A stretch of DNA of 64,000 bases from Scyliorhinus canicula (GCF_902713615.1 NW_024055676.1:682877-746876), one strand, 5' to 3'. Numbered from the stretch's first letter, positions 1 to 12,364 are shown. Made by a program: numbers and translations. Notes: generated by a model not told the origin, from the sequence alone.

Positions 1-607
1 CTATCAATCGGGATGATTTGTCATTGGATCTGCTGCTAATGGAACAATTACAGCAAAAACGATTTGAGTCTTCCTTCTACCTCTATTCTTACAAGCAAAT
101 GAACCCAGAATTCTCTGGTCTTTGCATAAACGGCCCTCGTCCCTGTTAATATTTAAATATATAACATCTTTCTCCAACGTCCTAATACTACTCCTCATTT
201 GTCGTGCACAGGATTTGGAAAGAAACGGGCAGCAAAGATTTCATCGATTTAAGTGTCCGTTTCTGACACAAACATCAACAGTTGTAAAAACTGTTTCCTA
301 GCAGATCTAGTTTAGATTTCATGGGAGACATTCATGTCTTTTTGTGTATTTCAATGCACCCTCAATCCATTCAGTGGCTGCATTCAAATAGGAATGAAAC
401 TATTCCGGCACCAGAAGGTGCCAACTTCAAACATGGGGATGATGAAGTTCCGTGACGGCACCGTCAAAACCAATAGACGTCGTGGTCTGAGTGATGTCAG
501 AGTGGGCCTGGTCCCCTGCAGTGTGTGGGTTGAACAATGAGCTGAACAGAGCCCGGGTTCCCTCTCTGCTTCTCAATCTCTGGCTCATCCCATTCACTCA
601 GTCAGAT

Positions 608-1122
608 ATGTTTCTGTTAATACTGGCGACGTTATTGGACGGTAAGTAATGAATAAAGTTCATAAAGCCAGATTATCAGGTTATAGATTGTAATAACATT
701 TAACATAATTAACGACCAGAAATATCCACATGATGAGTGGTGTTGAGTTTTCACAAACTGACACACATACAAACAAATTTAGATGAATTATATTTCAACT
801 ATTGATGTTTCATTTATCTCCCTTTGCAGGCGGACTAAGCGCAGATCCAGTAACTCAGTCACCGGTGACAAAAACCGTGTCAGAAGGGGGTTCGGTGCGG
901 CTGGATTGTGAATATACAGACTCCAGTATGCGGTACATGCAATGGTATCAGCAGAAAGCGGCACAGCCACCAATTTGGCTTATTACCAATGTATTAGCTC
1001 TGAAGAAAGATGAAGTTTCAGTACGATATCTGGCGGCTGCTGACAAGTCTAAACAGAACGGTTACCTCAATATCAGCGGCCTCAGTGTGGATGACGGGGC
1101 GGTCTATTACTGTGCAATGAGG
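608..1122 (+). CDS. TRAV/DV: TCR alpha/delta-type V segment, intact (family A, copy 1)
   Basis: Leader exon 608-641 (MFLLILATLLD-G), GTAAGT donor, CAG acceptor at 829. V exon 830-1122 reads DPVTQSP...LDCEY...WYQQK...YYCAMR with Cys23, Trp41 and Cys104. RSS: CACAGCG 1123-1129, 23-nt spacer, ACAAAAACC 1153-1161. Confidence 0.93.
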
Positions 1123-2027
1123 CACAGCGTTCGAAAGCCGCTAGTCTCCAGTACAAAAACCTCAGCGGGTATGTACAGCTCCATTAAATCTGTTTTTCTG
1201 CTCCTGTCTGCGGGAATTGTTTGATCCTGGATTCACTAACACAGGTCGGTGTATCTATCATACAGTTATATTGGTGTCTCTGCTCTTCTGCGGGTGAACA
1301 GTGGAGCGATTTGGGAAATCACGAGGCTCATCTCCATGGCGCGATGTACATGGTAAATTAAAACGTGGAAAGCCAGCGTATCAGCAGAGGCAATGAAAGC
1401 TTCCAGATGTGGAGATATGTAGCCGGAAATTATAGTTTGCTCATCTGGAATGGTTAACTCAGATGAACCCAAAGCCGCTGAGTCTGTCCCGCACGTTCCT
1501 GCAACAAAATAGAGAGTGTGTCAAACTCTCCTGTTGTATTTCACATATGGAATTCAGAGTAAGAATTTCAACAAGGACGCACGGAGCAACATGATTATTA
1601 TTACCATACAGGACCATGGTGTCTGCTATAGGCTTCAGTAGAAAATCGATTTTTCGATCGAAAACTCATCTCTTGCCTGCTGCTGGGGAGTTACTTAGGT
1701 CGGCATGTACTTCTGAGGGGTGCGGCTCACGGTGAGACCTATAAAACTGAGGGGCTTGGGTGAATCCACAAGTCATGATTGCCCGGGAGCACCACAGCCT
1801 TGTACTTGTATCGCCCTTACAGCTTTTTTCTGCTCTGCCATGAAGGCCAATATTACTGGCAATGATTTCACCCAAGTGTCTCTGGCAATCAGAGGATTAG
1901 CCGTCTCTGCTGAAATGAGCAGAGCCTGTTCTGATCGTCAGTACTGCGCACCTGCTGCTACATTGAGTTATCTACACTATTATAGATCCTTCCTCCTCCT
2001 ACAGTCAGACAGCTCAACTGTGCTGTG

Positions 2028-2500
2028 CCTCGGTCGGTAACAATATATATTTATGTGCAGGGATTTATCCGTTTGTGAGTCATAGTAAGCTCATTTATAC
2101 CTCTCAGCTGCGCAGATTCTCTCCAATGAGATGAAACATGAACGGTGCAGGGTACCCGGATGCTGACTATCAGTCAGGATCTATTGTATTGACTGGCAAC
2201 TGTGATGTGACGTCACTCACCTCTTCAACCCTTATTTCAGCCTCCCCGCTGTTCCACTGGGTCCTGCTGGCTCCAGTCTGACAGAAGCCAACAGAAAAAA
2301 TAAAATTCCACATCAGCCTCGAATTGACCAACATAACGGCCACCCCCCCACCCCCCCAATCATCATTATTGTTATTTAATTAACAGTAATATCAGTTTAT
2401 ACAGTGAGGGGAGAATGGGGAGTTTGCAGTGAAGGAAATACCGAGCAGTGAGATGGTGATGAGGAGAGCTGAGCGGCGATTTCCCGCGATAGTTCCTGAA
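2028..2500 (-). pseudogene. TCR V pseudogene (family B, paralog of 6607-7111)
   Basis: Acceptor TGTCAG at 2278, then WSQQDPVEQ, followed by a frameshift and several stops. It ends at ATATATTGT and CACAGCA (2021-2027) with no recognisable nonamer. The leader (about 2440-2500) lacks an ATG. The upstream flank 2400-2770 aligns with 7030-7420. Confidence 0.75.
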
Positions 2501-2849
2501 TTAGATGCTCTCAGGAAATTACCTGTCAGAGCAGAAATACAGATTCAGTTGTCATTGCACTGCTGATCAAACCAATGACAGGAATCGAACAGCGACAACA
2601 ATGTTTAGAATATCACACTGCTGTTCGAGCGGGATCAACAAACGGAAATTGTGACGGGGACACCACAGACTCAAAGCTAATTAAAAATGTACTGCGGTCG
2701 TCAGCTGCAGTCGCAAGTGAGGGAGGGAAACAGCGACAGTTGACCATCCTGTACCTGCTCACTGCTTAAGTCACTGAGAACAATATAGAGGGAAGACACT
2801 TCCCTCCGGCGGGTAGGGACCAGATTGAACTGAACCTCCCTGTCCCTAT

Positions 2850-3181
2850 TTCATGGACTCATAGAATCCAGAAGCAGGCAGAAGCAGGCCACCCGGCCCA
2901 TCGAGTGTGCACCGGTCTCCGGAAAGATCACTCTACCCAAGCACATACCTCTATCCCATCCCCGCAACCTAGCACACCTTTGTGGGCATTTAGCATGGCC
3001 AATGCACCTAACTTGCACATCATTGGACTGTGGGAGGAAACCGGAGCACCCAGAGGAATCCCACGCAGACACGGGTAGAACGTGCAGACTCCACACAGAC
3101 AGTAACCGGAGCCGGGATTCCAGCCTGAGACCCTGGAGCTGTGAAGCAACAGTGCTAACAACTGTGCTACCGTGCTGCCCA
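2850..3181 (-). mobile_element. tRNA-derived SINE (HE1/V-SINE-like)
   Basis: Reverse complement begins TGTGGGCAGCACGGTAG. It carries the V-SINE core GGGTGCTCCGGTTTCCTCCCACAGTCC and a CR1-like 3' end. Confidence 0.85.
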
Positions 3182-3960
3182 CATAAATACACGGCGCGGT
3201 CGGAAATCATTGTGTGACATTTTTTTAAAAACATTTTATTAAGGCACTTATGACTTTAGAACGACAATTACAACTGTAAACATAACTCAGTGAACAACTC
3301 CCCGCAACCCCCTCCCCCCCTCCCCCCGCACCCCCAGCCAACAACCATTCCCAGCCAACATGGCGAACACACACAGTTCCCCAGTCCCTCCTCCTCCACT
3401 AGCTGGACTCGCCTAAACTAAACTAAACTAAACTGAACTGAACTGAACTATCTTCCCCAGCCCCCCAATTCAGTAACCCTCTCTTATTGTATCTGCTAAC
3501 AGTTTCATTTTAATCATTGTGTTACTAATCGTTAGCTCTGTTGTCTTATCCTTTTAATATTTGACATACCCAGGATTTAGACAGAAGATCCCAGCGATGA
3601 TTTCTGCAGATTTAGCATAATTTTCTGGTATAAGCATCAACAGTAAAAAAGACAGTATCTAAACAGCTCCAATTTAGATTGCTGCGTAGCATTCGATTCT
3701 TGGTATGTTCCGCAGCAAGCCCTGAACCCACTGAACGGGAAAATTAATTTTAACAGAATTTGCCAGCAGAGGACGTCGATTTCAAGCACGGGTGTCACAA
3801 ACACACGTGATGTTTTCTCTGAAGCCTGTGTGGCTGGGAGACCAGAGAGGTCACAATAGCCTCCCCCAGCCCCCCCCCCCCCCCCCCCCCCCGGCAATGA
3901 GCTGTATAGAGCTAGGGCTCCCTCACTCCATTGGAATCTCTGAGAGAGATTCAGTCTAAC

Positions 3961-4453
3961 ATGTTTCTAATAATACTGGCGGCGCTGTCGCACGGTAAGT
4001 ACCGGATAATAAGTATTGAGGCAGATACACATACACATCGATGGCAATGTCATTACCACCGAAAATATCTATATGAAGTGCAATTTGGCCGCTTCACAAA
4101 CTCTCTCAGATATAGGCAAATTTACATCAGCTCTTGATAGTTAATCCTCTGTCTCCACAGGCGGACTGTGCGCAGATCCAGTAACTCAGTTACCGGTGAC
4201 AATAACCGCATCGGAAGGGGATTCGGCGCAATTTTATTGTGAATATACAGACAAGAATATGTACGACATGCAATGGTACCAGCAGAAACCGACACAACAA
4301 CCGAGATGGATCATCACCAACACTCTAGCATTGAAGAAAGTTGCGTTTTCAGGACGATATCTGGCGGTTGCTGACAAATCTAAACAGAACGGTTACCTCA
4401 ATATAAGCACCCTCAGTGTGGAGGACGGGGCGGTCTATTACTGTGCAATGAGG
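3961..4453 (+). CDS. TRAV/DV: TCR alpha/delta-type V segment, intact (family A, copy 2)
   Basis: Leader 3961-3994 (MFLIILAALSH-G) with GTAAGT donor. V exon 4161-4453 reads DPVTQLP...FYCEY...WYQQK...YYCAMR. RSS: CACAGCG 4454-4460, 23-nt spacer, ACAAAAACC 4484-4492. Confidence 0.93.
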
Positions 4454-5339
4454 CACAGCGTTAGAGAGCAGCTAGAGCACCGTACAAAAACCTCAGCGAG
4501 CATGTATAGCTTCACTAAGTTTCCTTCTGCGCGAAGAATTTGATTTCCGCTTTTCAAACGCTGTCAGGTGTATTTAGCAGGCCGTTCTTTTGGTGCTTCC
4601 ACCCTTGTGCCGATAAACAATAGAGTAGTTTGGAGAATGTTGTGGCTTATCATGCTGAGATATTTACAATAACCTTAATCCCGGAATATCCACCAAGCAT
4701 CATGGGACGATCTCAGATGTGGAGTTAGTATAGGCGGAATGTACGGACTGTTCTTCCAGAAGCCTTAACTCAGCTGAGCCCAGGGCAACCGACTCCTCGG
4801 CACCCGGTGAGTAATTAAATGCAGAATAGAGCAGAGGGAGGTGGTGGCAAAGTGGCATTGTCACTAAACAAGAAATCCAGAGACCCAGAGTAATTCTCTG
4901 GGGTTGACGCATAACTGCCCCCTCAAGACCGATTGGCAATGAATCAAAAGAACAAACAATTCCTGCGCTACTTACACATGAAATGTAGAACATCAGAGAC
5001 TCATCTAACAACACTGCCAGCAATATCAGTCCGTGAGATGGGGAGCACACGATGCCGGGTTTAGGTTTGAATAAAAATCGATCAAATACAAGTAAATCAT
5101 TACTTGAATCTGAAAAACTGGACAATTTCAGCAGGTCTGGTAGCATCTGTGGAGAGAGAAGGGAGCTAACGTTTCGAATTTCGGTGGCTCTTTGTCAATA
5201 CGGATGTTGAGTTGATTATGGGTTTACCGAAATACAGACCAAACCACAAACGAGTCCCAGAAATCTAAATTGCAGCTGTTTAAACACTGCCTTCCTTATT
5301 GTTAATGTTTATGTCTGAAAATGATGAGTGGCGTTGATT

Positions 5340-6000
5340 GGCTCGATAGGAACGAACTTTTCCACTTAGTAGAAGGGTGAATAACCAGGGGGCATAGACT
5401 TACGTTAAGATGCAGGATTTAGAGGATATTTGAGGAAACCATTTTGACCCAGAGGGTGATGGGAATCTGGGGCTCAATGCGTGAAAGGATCATCGAGGCA
5501 GAAAAACTTACACCATTGAAGAAGCATTTAGATGAGCACTTCGAACGCCATAGCAGGCAAGGCTATGGACCAACTGCTGGAATAATAAATTAGAATAGAA
5601 ATGTGTTTGATGGCCAGCGCATGCACACTGGGCAAAGGGTCTCATTTTGTGCTGTAAAGCTCTTTGACTCTATGACTCAAAGTGGAAGGGTGGAGAGGTC
5701 CAGGGAGGAAATTCCAGAGCTTTGTGTCCAGGCAGGTGAAGGCACGGCGAGCGATGGTGGATTCACCCAGATTCCCACCACCGTCTGGGTGAAAACGTTC
5801 TCCCACAAAGCCCCTCGAAATCTTCAACTCCTTACCTTTAATCTGTGCCAACTGGTTATTGACACCATTACTACGGGGAAAGTTTCTTCCCATCTACTCT
5901 ATCCATGACTCTCATAATTATGTACACTCTGGATGAGCAGGCAGTGTTCATTTAAGACTCTCCTTCTAACCAATCTCGTTGACCAAGCTTTTGATCATAT
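5340..6000. mobile_element. CR1/L2-clade LINE 3' fragments (two pieces, opposite orientation)
   Basis: Degenerate RT C-terminus and 3'UTR, similar to the better preserved CR1 copies in this window, with a short tandem tail GACTCTATGACTC. Confidence 0.6.
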
Positions 6001-6206
6001 GACTGAATATGTCCATAGTTCCTGGAAAACCCATCGGGACAGTTTATTGTGCGAAAAGCTCGACACCAATAGAAGTTCCCGTATTTATTGTAGTTCAGTG
6101 ACACCTGATAGTTTACTGAGAGAGTGAGTTTGCACACCAAGATATGAACAAGAAGCAGGAGTTAAGGTATCGAAGATCCATTCATTAGTCTCACATGTGT
6201 TATGCC

Positions 6207-6393
6207 TCATGGCGCCGAGGTCCCAGGTTCGATCCCGGCTCTGGGTCACTGACCGTGTGGAGTTTGCACATTCTCCCCATGTTTGCGTGGGTTTCGCCCC
6301 CACAAGCCAAAGATGTGCAGGGTAGGTGGATTGAACATGCTAAATTGCCCCATAATTAGAAAAAATGATTGGGTACTTTAATTTCTTTTTTAA
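6207..6393 (+). mobile_element. V-SINE-like element, short variant
   Basis: B-box-like GGTTCGATCCC, then GTGTGGAGTTTGCACATTCTCCCC core and an A/T-rich tail. Confidence 0.75.
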
Positions 6394-6606
6394 ATGTTCT
6401 GAATGCGAGTTGCAATCGGAAACTGGTATAACTGTGCAGGTGGGCCTCACTACTGATGCTTTTTAGTGTTGTGTGTTGTTACAATTTGTGTCACTGTCAC
6501 TATGGAAACTGAACTATCGATGAGGGCGCACCCCCTGCTGAGCCGTGGGTGGAACTGCCAGTGTGGGGTTTTTGTACGGGTTCCACCATATCTCTGCAGC
6601 AGTGTG

Positions 6607-7111
6607 GGCTCCATGGCACAGAAATAAACGGCGCTGTCGGAGATCATTGTGCTACTGATTGTCAGCTCGGTAGTCTTGTTCCTTTTATCAAACGTAGAAG
6701 AAAACCGATGGCTGAGTTCGGTGTTCCTTTGCACAGTTAGCCCAATAACTCGAAGCATGTAGCTTATAGCTTTCCCGGGCTGCTGACTGTACCAGTACAC
6801 AAAAGGGTTAGGAGAACTTGTTTTCAAGGTGCAGGTTAATGTGACTTCACTTTCCTCTGTAACCGTTATTTCCGATTCCTTTTGTTCCACGGTGTCTTGC
6901 TGGCTCCATTCTAACAGAAGTAACAGCGATAATGACAATCAGAGTCAGCTTCATATTAAACAATAAAATCATCAACAACATAATCTCTGTCATTTTACCA
7001 ACAATAACATTTGGGTTACAGCAGTCAGGAAGACAATGGAGCGTTACTGGGAAGGAAATACTTACTTAGAAGTGAGATGACAATGAGGAGCGAAGCGAGA
7101 TGGTTCCTCAT
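6607..7111 (-). CDS. TRAV/DV: TCR alpha/delta-type V segment, intact (family B)
   Basis: Leader 7111-7066 (MRNHLASLLIVISLL-K) with GTAAGT donor. V exon 6910-6607 reads WSQQDTVEQ...LTCTL...WYSQQPG...YFCAMEP. RSS: CACACTG (6606-6600), 24-nt spacer, ACAAAAACC (6575-6567). Confidence 0.9.
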
Positions 7112-7899
7112 GATCCTCCTTGAGTTTGTAACTCTACAATGAGATCAATCCTCTGTCAGAGACAGAAATACAGATCCCCGTCACACTGCACTGCCGATCC
7201 GACCAATGAGATGAATGAACAAGCAGCAACAATCTCTCCAGTAACAAACTGGGTCAGAAAGAGAGCAGCAACCGGAAGCAGTGGGCGGGGGTACCGCAGT
7301 CTGAATATTGAGTGAAGTGTGCGGTGACTCTCAGCTGCACTCGGAACTGATGGAGCGGAAATAGCGACAGTTGAATCTTCACTACACCGTAACCAGCCTG
7401 CACCGGCTGACTGTTCAAGTTACTGAGAAGAAATAGATCGGGAGGGACCTGACGAACTAGAATACGGAATCTTAGAGTCAGGGATGAGGCCACACGATCT
7501 ATATTGCTCGAGGCACTTTGAAAGTGTTACTTATTCTTCTTTCAAAGACCGCATTTTCTACATACCCGGTGATTCCCTTTACATTTCCGTCTTAAAGTTA
7601 TTGTTGAATCTTATTCCTTTGTTTAGACACCACTTCTATAGTTTAGCAAATCGCAGTGTAGATAATGAATGGACTTTTCCTGGGCTTATTAATAATAATC
7701 TTTATTGTCACAAGTAGGCTTACAATAGCACTGCAATTTCTCATCAATCGTTGTATTATCCAAGGATCTGCTGGTGGAAACAGCTCCGTGTGATCTTCAG
7801 TGACAGACTCACTTACATTTCAGCAACTCTCCTTTACCTTCTTTGATCAAAGGAGAGGCAGCCTTGTGGCTCCATCGGCAGCTTCCCTGCCTCAGGTCC

Positions 7900-8810
7900 C
7901 TTAGTCGCAGAGTTTTAAAGACAAGAAGAGGCCCTTTGGCCCATTGTATTTGCCCCGACCATCAAGTACCTACTCGTCTAAACCAATTTTCTAGCACTTG
8001 GTCCGTAGCCTTGCATGCTGTGGCGTTTCAAGTCCTCTTCTAAACGCTTCTTAAGTGTTGTGTGTGTTCCCGCCTCGACCACCCTCACAGACAGTGTGTT
8101 CAAGGTTCTCACAACGCTCAAACGCCCTCTAAATCTCCCCCCCCCCCCCCGCCCTTTCCTTAAATGTATTCCCTCTGGTTGTTGACCCCTCCACTAATGG
8201 GAACGGTTTCTTCCTATCTATTTTCCGCATAATTTTGAAAACCTCGATCAGGTCCCCACTCAGCCTTCCCTGACAACGTTTGACAATTAATGACAATAAT
8301 CCCAGCCTATCCAGCCTCTCTTCATAGCTGAGAAACTCCTTCCCAGAAACCTTCCTGATTAATCTCCTCTGCACCCTCTCTGGTGCATCACATCTTTCCC
8401 ATAGTGTGCCGACCAGATGTGCACAAAATGTTCCAGCTGCGGGCTAACCAGCGTTTTACACATCCCCATAATAACCTCCCTGCTCTTATATTCCATGCCT
8501 CGGCTAATAAAGGCAAGTATCCCGCATGTCTTCTTCGCCACCTTATCTACTTGTCCTGTTGCCTGCGGGGATCTATGCGCCTGAACACCATGGTCCCTCT
8601 TGCTTCTATACTTCTTGACTTCCTGGCGTTTATTGTGCATTTTCTTGCATTGTTCATCCTCCCAAAATGCATCATCCAAATCTTTTCAGGGTTAAATTCC
8701 ATTTGCCACTCTTCTGCCTATCTGGCTCGTCCGTCGATATCATCCTGCAATCTAAACCATTCCTCCTCGCTATTTAGCACACCGCCGAATTTCATGTTGT
8801 CTGCGAACGA
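7900..8810 (-). mobile_element. CR1 LINE fragment (RT C-terminal region), decayed
   Basis: Minus-strand ORFs 8129-8679 give CR1-like peptides (GILAFISRGMEYKSREV, YEERLDRLGL). Confidence 0.8.
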
Positions 8811-9247
8811 CGGTTGGGCACAGCTCAGGGAATTGAAATGCCAGAACGGTGTGGTTCCTGTTCCAGCTCTGGGGTGGTTGCGGCCTGCCTCCCAGTGACA
8901 GTGCAATGGATTGGACCTTCCTTAAGACAGATAGCCAGAGAAGAAAATAATGAGTAGATTCCAGATTTAGATTCCGTTTTGACATAGAAATCAATAAACC
9001 TTAAATCCATTCAGTAACCCCCATTCTGAACCGGATTGAACATAATCCACCAGCAGAGGCGCAAAGCCCAAGCATGATGATTGGAAAGTCACATGAGACC
9101 AAAACCAGTCTCCTCAGTGATGTCACAATGGGCCTGACACCCTGCAGTGTGAGGGTGGAACAATGAGCTGAACAGAGCCCGGGTTCCCTCTCGGCTTCTC
9201 AATCTCTGGATCATTCCAGTCATATTCACTGAGAGATTCAGTCAGAC

Positions 9248-9669
9248 ATGTTTTTAATATTACTGGCGGGGCTCTTGCACATTAAGTAATGGATTTTCCT
9301 CATCAATACAGTTTAACAGATTGATGGGAATTTACACAAATTCATACAGTTAATGAAGGTTTACCTCCATCCTGTTTATCCTTCTGCTCTTTTGAGCCTC
9401 TACATTTACAGGCGGACTATTTGCGGATCCAGTGACAGTCTCCGGTGACAGTAGCTGTGTTTGAAGGTGCCTTGGTGACGTTAGATTGAGAATATACAAC
9501 CCGGGTAATAACGGGCATCCACTGGTATGGACAGAGACCGGCACAGTCTCCAAACTGGATTATTAATGAAGTAATAGGACTGTAAACAGATGGAATCTGA
9601 GGGCAATATCTGGCTGTTGCTCATAATATAAACACGCTGAGTGTGGAGGTCTCTTACTGTGCATTGAGG
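9248..9669 (+). pseudogene. TCR V pseudogene (family A, copy 3)
   Basis: Leader MFLILLAGLLH with the donor mutated to TTAAGT. V exon from 9412 has a 2-nt deletion in FR1, Cys23 TGT>TGA, further stops and an FR3 deletion. RSS: CGCAGCT, 23 nt, ACAAAAATC (9670-9708). The promoter aligns with 360-607. Confidence 0.88.
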
Positions 9670-10411
9670 CGCAGCTTCACATAATAACCAAGAACTCGCA
9701 CAAAAATCCTCTGCGAGTCTTTGTGTAGTCTTCTTAGCGCCTTGATCAACCGGGATAATTTCATCCCAGGCCCACGGACAACAAACATTAGCAGGTTTGT
9801 TTATCAAACAGTTGCATTATTTTATTGGTCCTTGTTCAAATCAATCGATCTGAGAAATGTTGCGACGTAGCTCAATATCGCCGCCGAAACCTCCTCAATA
9901 AATATCTCGCAGCTTATACAGAATACTGACCTGCCGACATCGGCAGAGAAAGCTCTCGCACGTGGAGTGATTACAGCTGAACATTACTCACTGTCTTTCC
10001 ACAGCCTTCAATTCGGCCGGATGCTGGGAGACTCATTGTGCATCACACATTCCTGTAACAAAACGTAAAATGTGTCTAAGTAAGGAATTTGATTTAACAC
10101 AAGAAATAGACAACGACCTTTGAATATTAACTCACCGAACGGCACAATGATTATTATCTTAAAGCACCATCGAACCCGTGCTCTCTGGTTGTGACTTCTA
10201 CAGAACATAAACTGAATTTAAATGGATTCTGGACCTTCTTTTCTGATATTAAACAGGAAATTCAAATCACGAACAGGCCTCACTCATTGGGACGTATCCA
10301 CGGAAGAATGTTACTAAAATGCCTGCTCTCTGATGACTGCACAGGCGACACACTTTCTGAATCACCACGGCAGGTTTTTGTACGGCCCTGAATGGTTTTC
10401 AGTTCACTGTG

Positions 10412-10928
10412 CCTCCACTGCACCAAGATAGGTGGCGGTATCTGCCAGTCGAACGTCACTAATATTCAGAACGCTTTGTTTCTCTGAAAAACTGAGCCGA
10501 GCTGTGATCCTCCCCTGATCGCTGGTACCGCTCGCCAGATGCTGCATGGTTCCATCCGGGTATTGTCTGTACCATTGTATGATCTTTCCTGCTAATGTGG
10601 TGGAACAGGCCAAGGATGCAATGTTTCCCTTGGTAACAACCACTGACTCAGGAGACTGTGATATCTCGTCACTGCCAGCGGCATCTGAGAAAAATGTAGA
10701 TGTAAAATAACATGATAAATTTAATATCGCACAGACCACGAGAATATACTATAGCAAAATCAAATACAAAATGACATAACAAAATACACAATAAAGCAAA
10801 CTATATGTTACTACAACATGACATATCTGATGTGTGACATATTCCTGCCAGATATAGTGATCACACTCACACGGAGAGAAGAGTAAGACATTCAGGGAGA
10901 TAATCACTAAAGTGAAACTCAGCTTCAT
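10412..10928 (-). CDS. TRAV/DV: TCR alpha-like V segment, open frame but Cys104>Gly
   Basis: Leader 10928-10871 (MKLSFTLVIISLNVLLFSP-Y) with GTGAGT donor. V exon 10684-10412 reads DEISQSP...LACST...WYRQYP...DTATYLGAVE. Consensus RSS: CACAGTG (10411-10405), 23 nt, ACAAAAACC (10381-10373). Confidence 0.85.
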
Positions 10929-11156
10929 GTTGGATCCTATCGATCTGTGTTAAGTAGCTCTCGGTAGTTTTCAGGACCAGAGACAATGCTGCGAAGGCAG
11001 CGTTGTTGTATATCAAACTGAGTCCAACATCAACTGCACCGTGCCCGCCCGAACCAGGTCTCTGGGGCTTGTGATCACAAAGTGAAGCTGTGAAGGAGCT
11101 TCAGCATTGGTGGGGTGTGGGTAGGAGAATGCGCACGCGGCAGAGCACCGTCACTG

Positions 11157-11231
11157 TGACGTCTGACTGAGGACACGTGTGACGTTTCCCTGCATATTTA
11201 GTGACGTAGGTCTGTAAACTGAGTGACGTCA
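11157..11231. promoter_or_regulatory. Cluster of four CRE-type TGACGT sites plus a CACGTG E-box
   Basis: TGACGT at 11157, 11180, 11202 and 11224. The last lies within AGTGACGTCA, which matches the TCR V promoter decamer. The cluster is 230-300 bp upstream of the ATG at 10928. Confidence 0.6.
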
Positions 11232-11279
11232 GTGGGACTGGTTGAAGGGGCAGAAACATCGTTGCCGGAGCTGATCTGA

Positions 11280-11418
11280 ACATCCAGCCCTGTGTTTCTG
11301 AGAACTAACCGCTGATCAGATTTTTCGATTCAGTCCAACATTCGGACAAGTTGCACCCATTGACCATCTCGGAGCTGCGGCTGTCTGACACCGCGGTCTA
11401 TTACTGTGCACAGAGTGT
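11280..11418 (+). pseudogene. 5'-truncated TCR V relic (FR2 part to FR3)
   Basis: Reads PLTISELRLSDTAVYYCAQS, then RSS CGCAGTG 11419-11425, 23 nt, GCAAAAACT 11449-11457. No leader or FR1 found. Confidence 0.8.
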
Positions 11419-12364
11419 CGCAGTGATGGGAGCGAGTGAAAGTCTCGAGCAAAAACTGCCGCAAGTTTCTGGGTCACAGCTGCTGTCTGTTGAAGAGTTT
11501 TTAAACAGCAGATCGGCTACTGACAAGTTAATAGATTCTCGTGCACATAAACTACAGCACAATCCATAGCAACACCGCCTAAAATGGTTCGCATTGAATA
11601 GTGATTCAGTCTGATTGTTGCATTAACTGTGAGAGGGAGGAACTTGCTGCTGTTCATTTCGAGTCTCGGAGAACTCGCTACTACCATTGCGAGCACTGCC
11701 ACCCGTGGGTGGCCTGGAACTATATACATCCGTGCACCTCTGATGAGGAAAAGAAACTCCGAGTGAGAGCAAAGACTTTTCTGTTTGTGACATCAGGCTG
11801 TAATGTAAACCGAATCCAGCATGGTGAGGAGACTCCTAATCAATAGAATAGGCCGATAAAATTCCTCTCAATGTTAAATACACTAACGAATATTAAAACT
11901 AAGAATGAACAGTCACATGAACAGTTATAAATGGGTATTTTCAGGACATGATTAGAAGCCAATGAAAATAATATAGTAAACTGTGAGGTCAGGCGTTGTA
12001 CGTTTTCGGTCGCGGAATGGTCACCGAATGGTCGGAAAAACGAGTTAATGGAAGAATAACCAGAACATTTTCTTCACTGCATGTTCTGCAGCTTTGGATT
12101 TGGATTTTAGTGTCACAAGTGCCGAGGTAGAATGAAAAATATTGTTTTGCGTACAGTCCAGTCAGATCGTTGCATTAATGAAAAACAGGATATACGATAG
12201 ATACACAATATAAATCTATAGGCACAGACATCGGGTGAGCATACGCAGTGTAGTATAATAATAATATTAATAATCTTTATGAGTGTCACAAGTAGGTTTA
12301 CATTAACAATGCAATGGAGTTACTGTGAAAATCCCCATGTCGCCCCACAAAGACAGTTCAGTTC

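Noticed and set aside
2208-2217. GTGACGTCAC CRE palindrome
   Set aside because: It lies within FR1 codons (SDVT) of the pseudogene rather than in a promoter position.
608-4453. Family A V genes as NAR-TCR V, supporting Vdelta or TAILV
   Set aside because: They have their own leaders, a normal CDR2 length, no extra CDR1 Cys and no VH hallmarks. A plain TCR alpha/delta call is all the sequence supports.
11530-11750. Minus-strand V-like ghost (CAG|AG GTG CAC GGA start; ...GVAMDCAVVYV end resembling DSAVYYC)
   Set aside because: About 90 nt too short, no Cys23 or Trp41, and no RSS at the right spacing. It may be a very old relic but cannot be supported.
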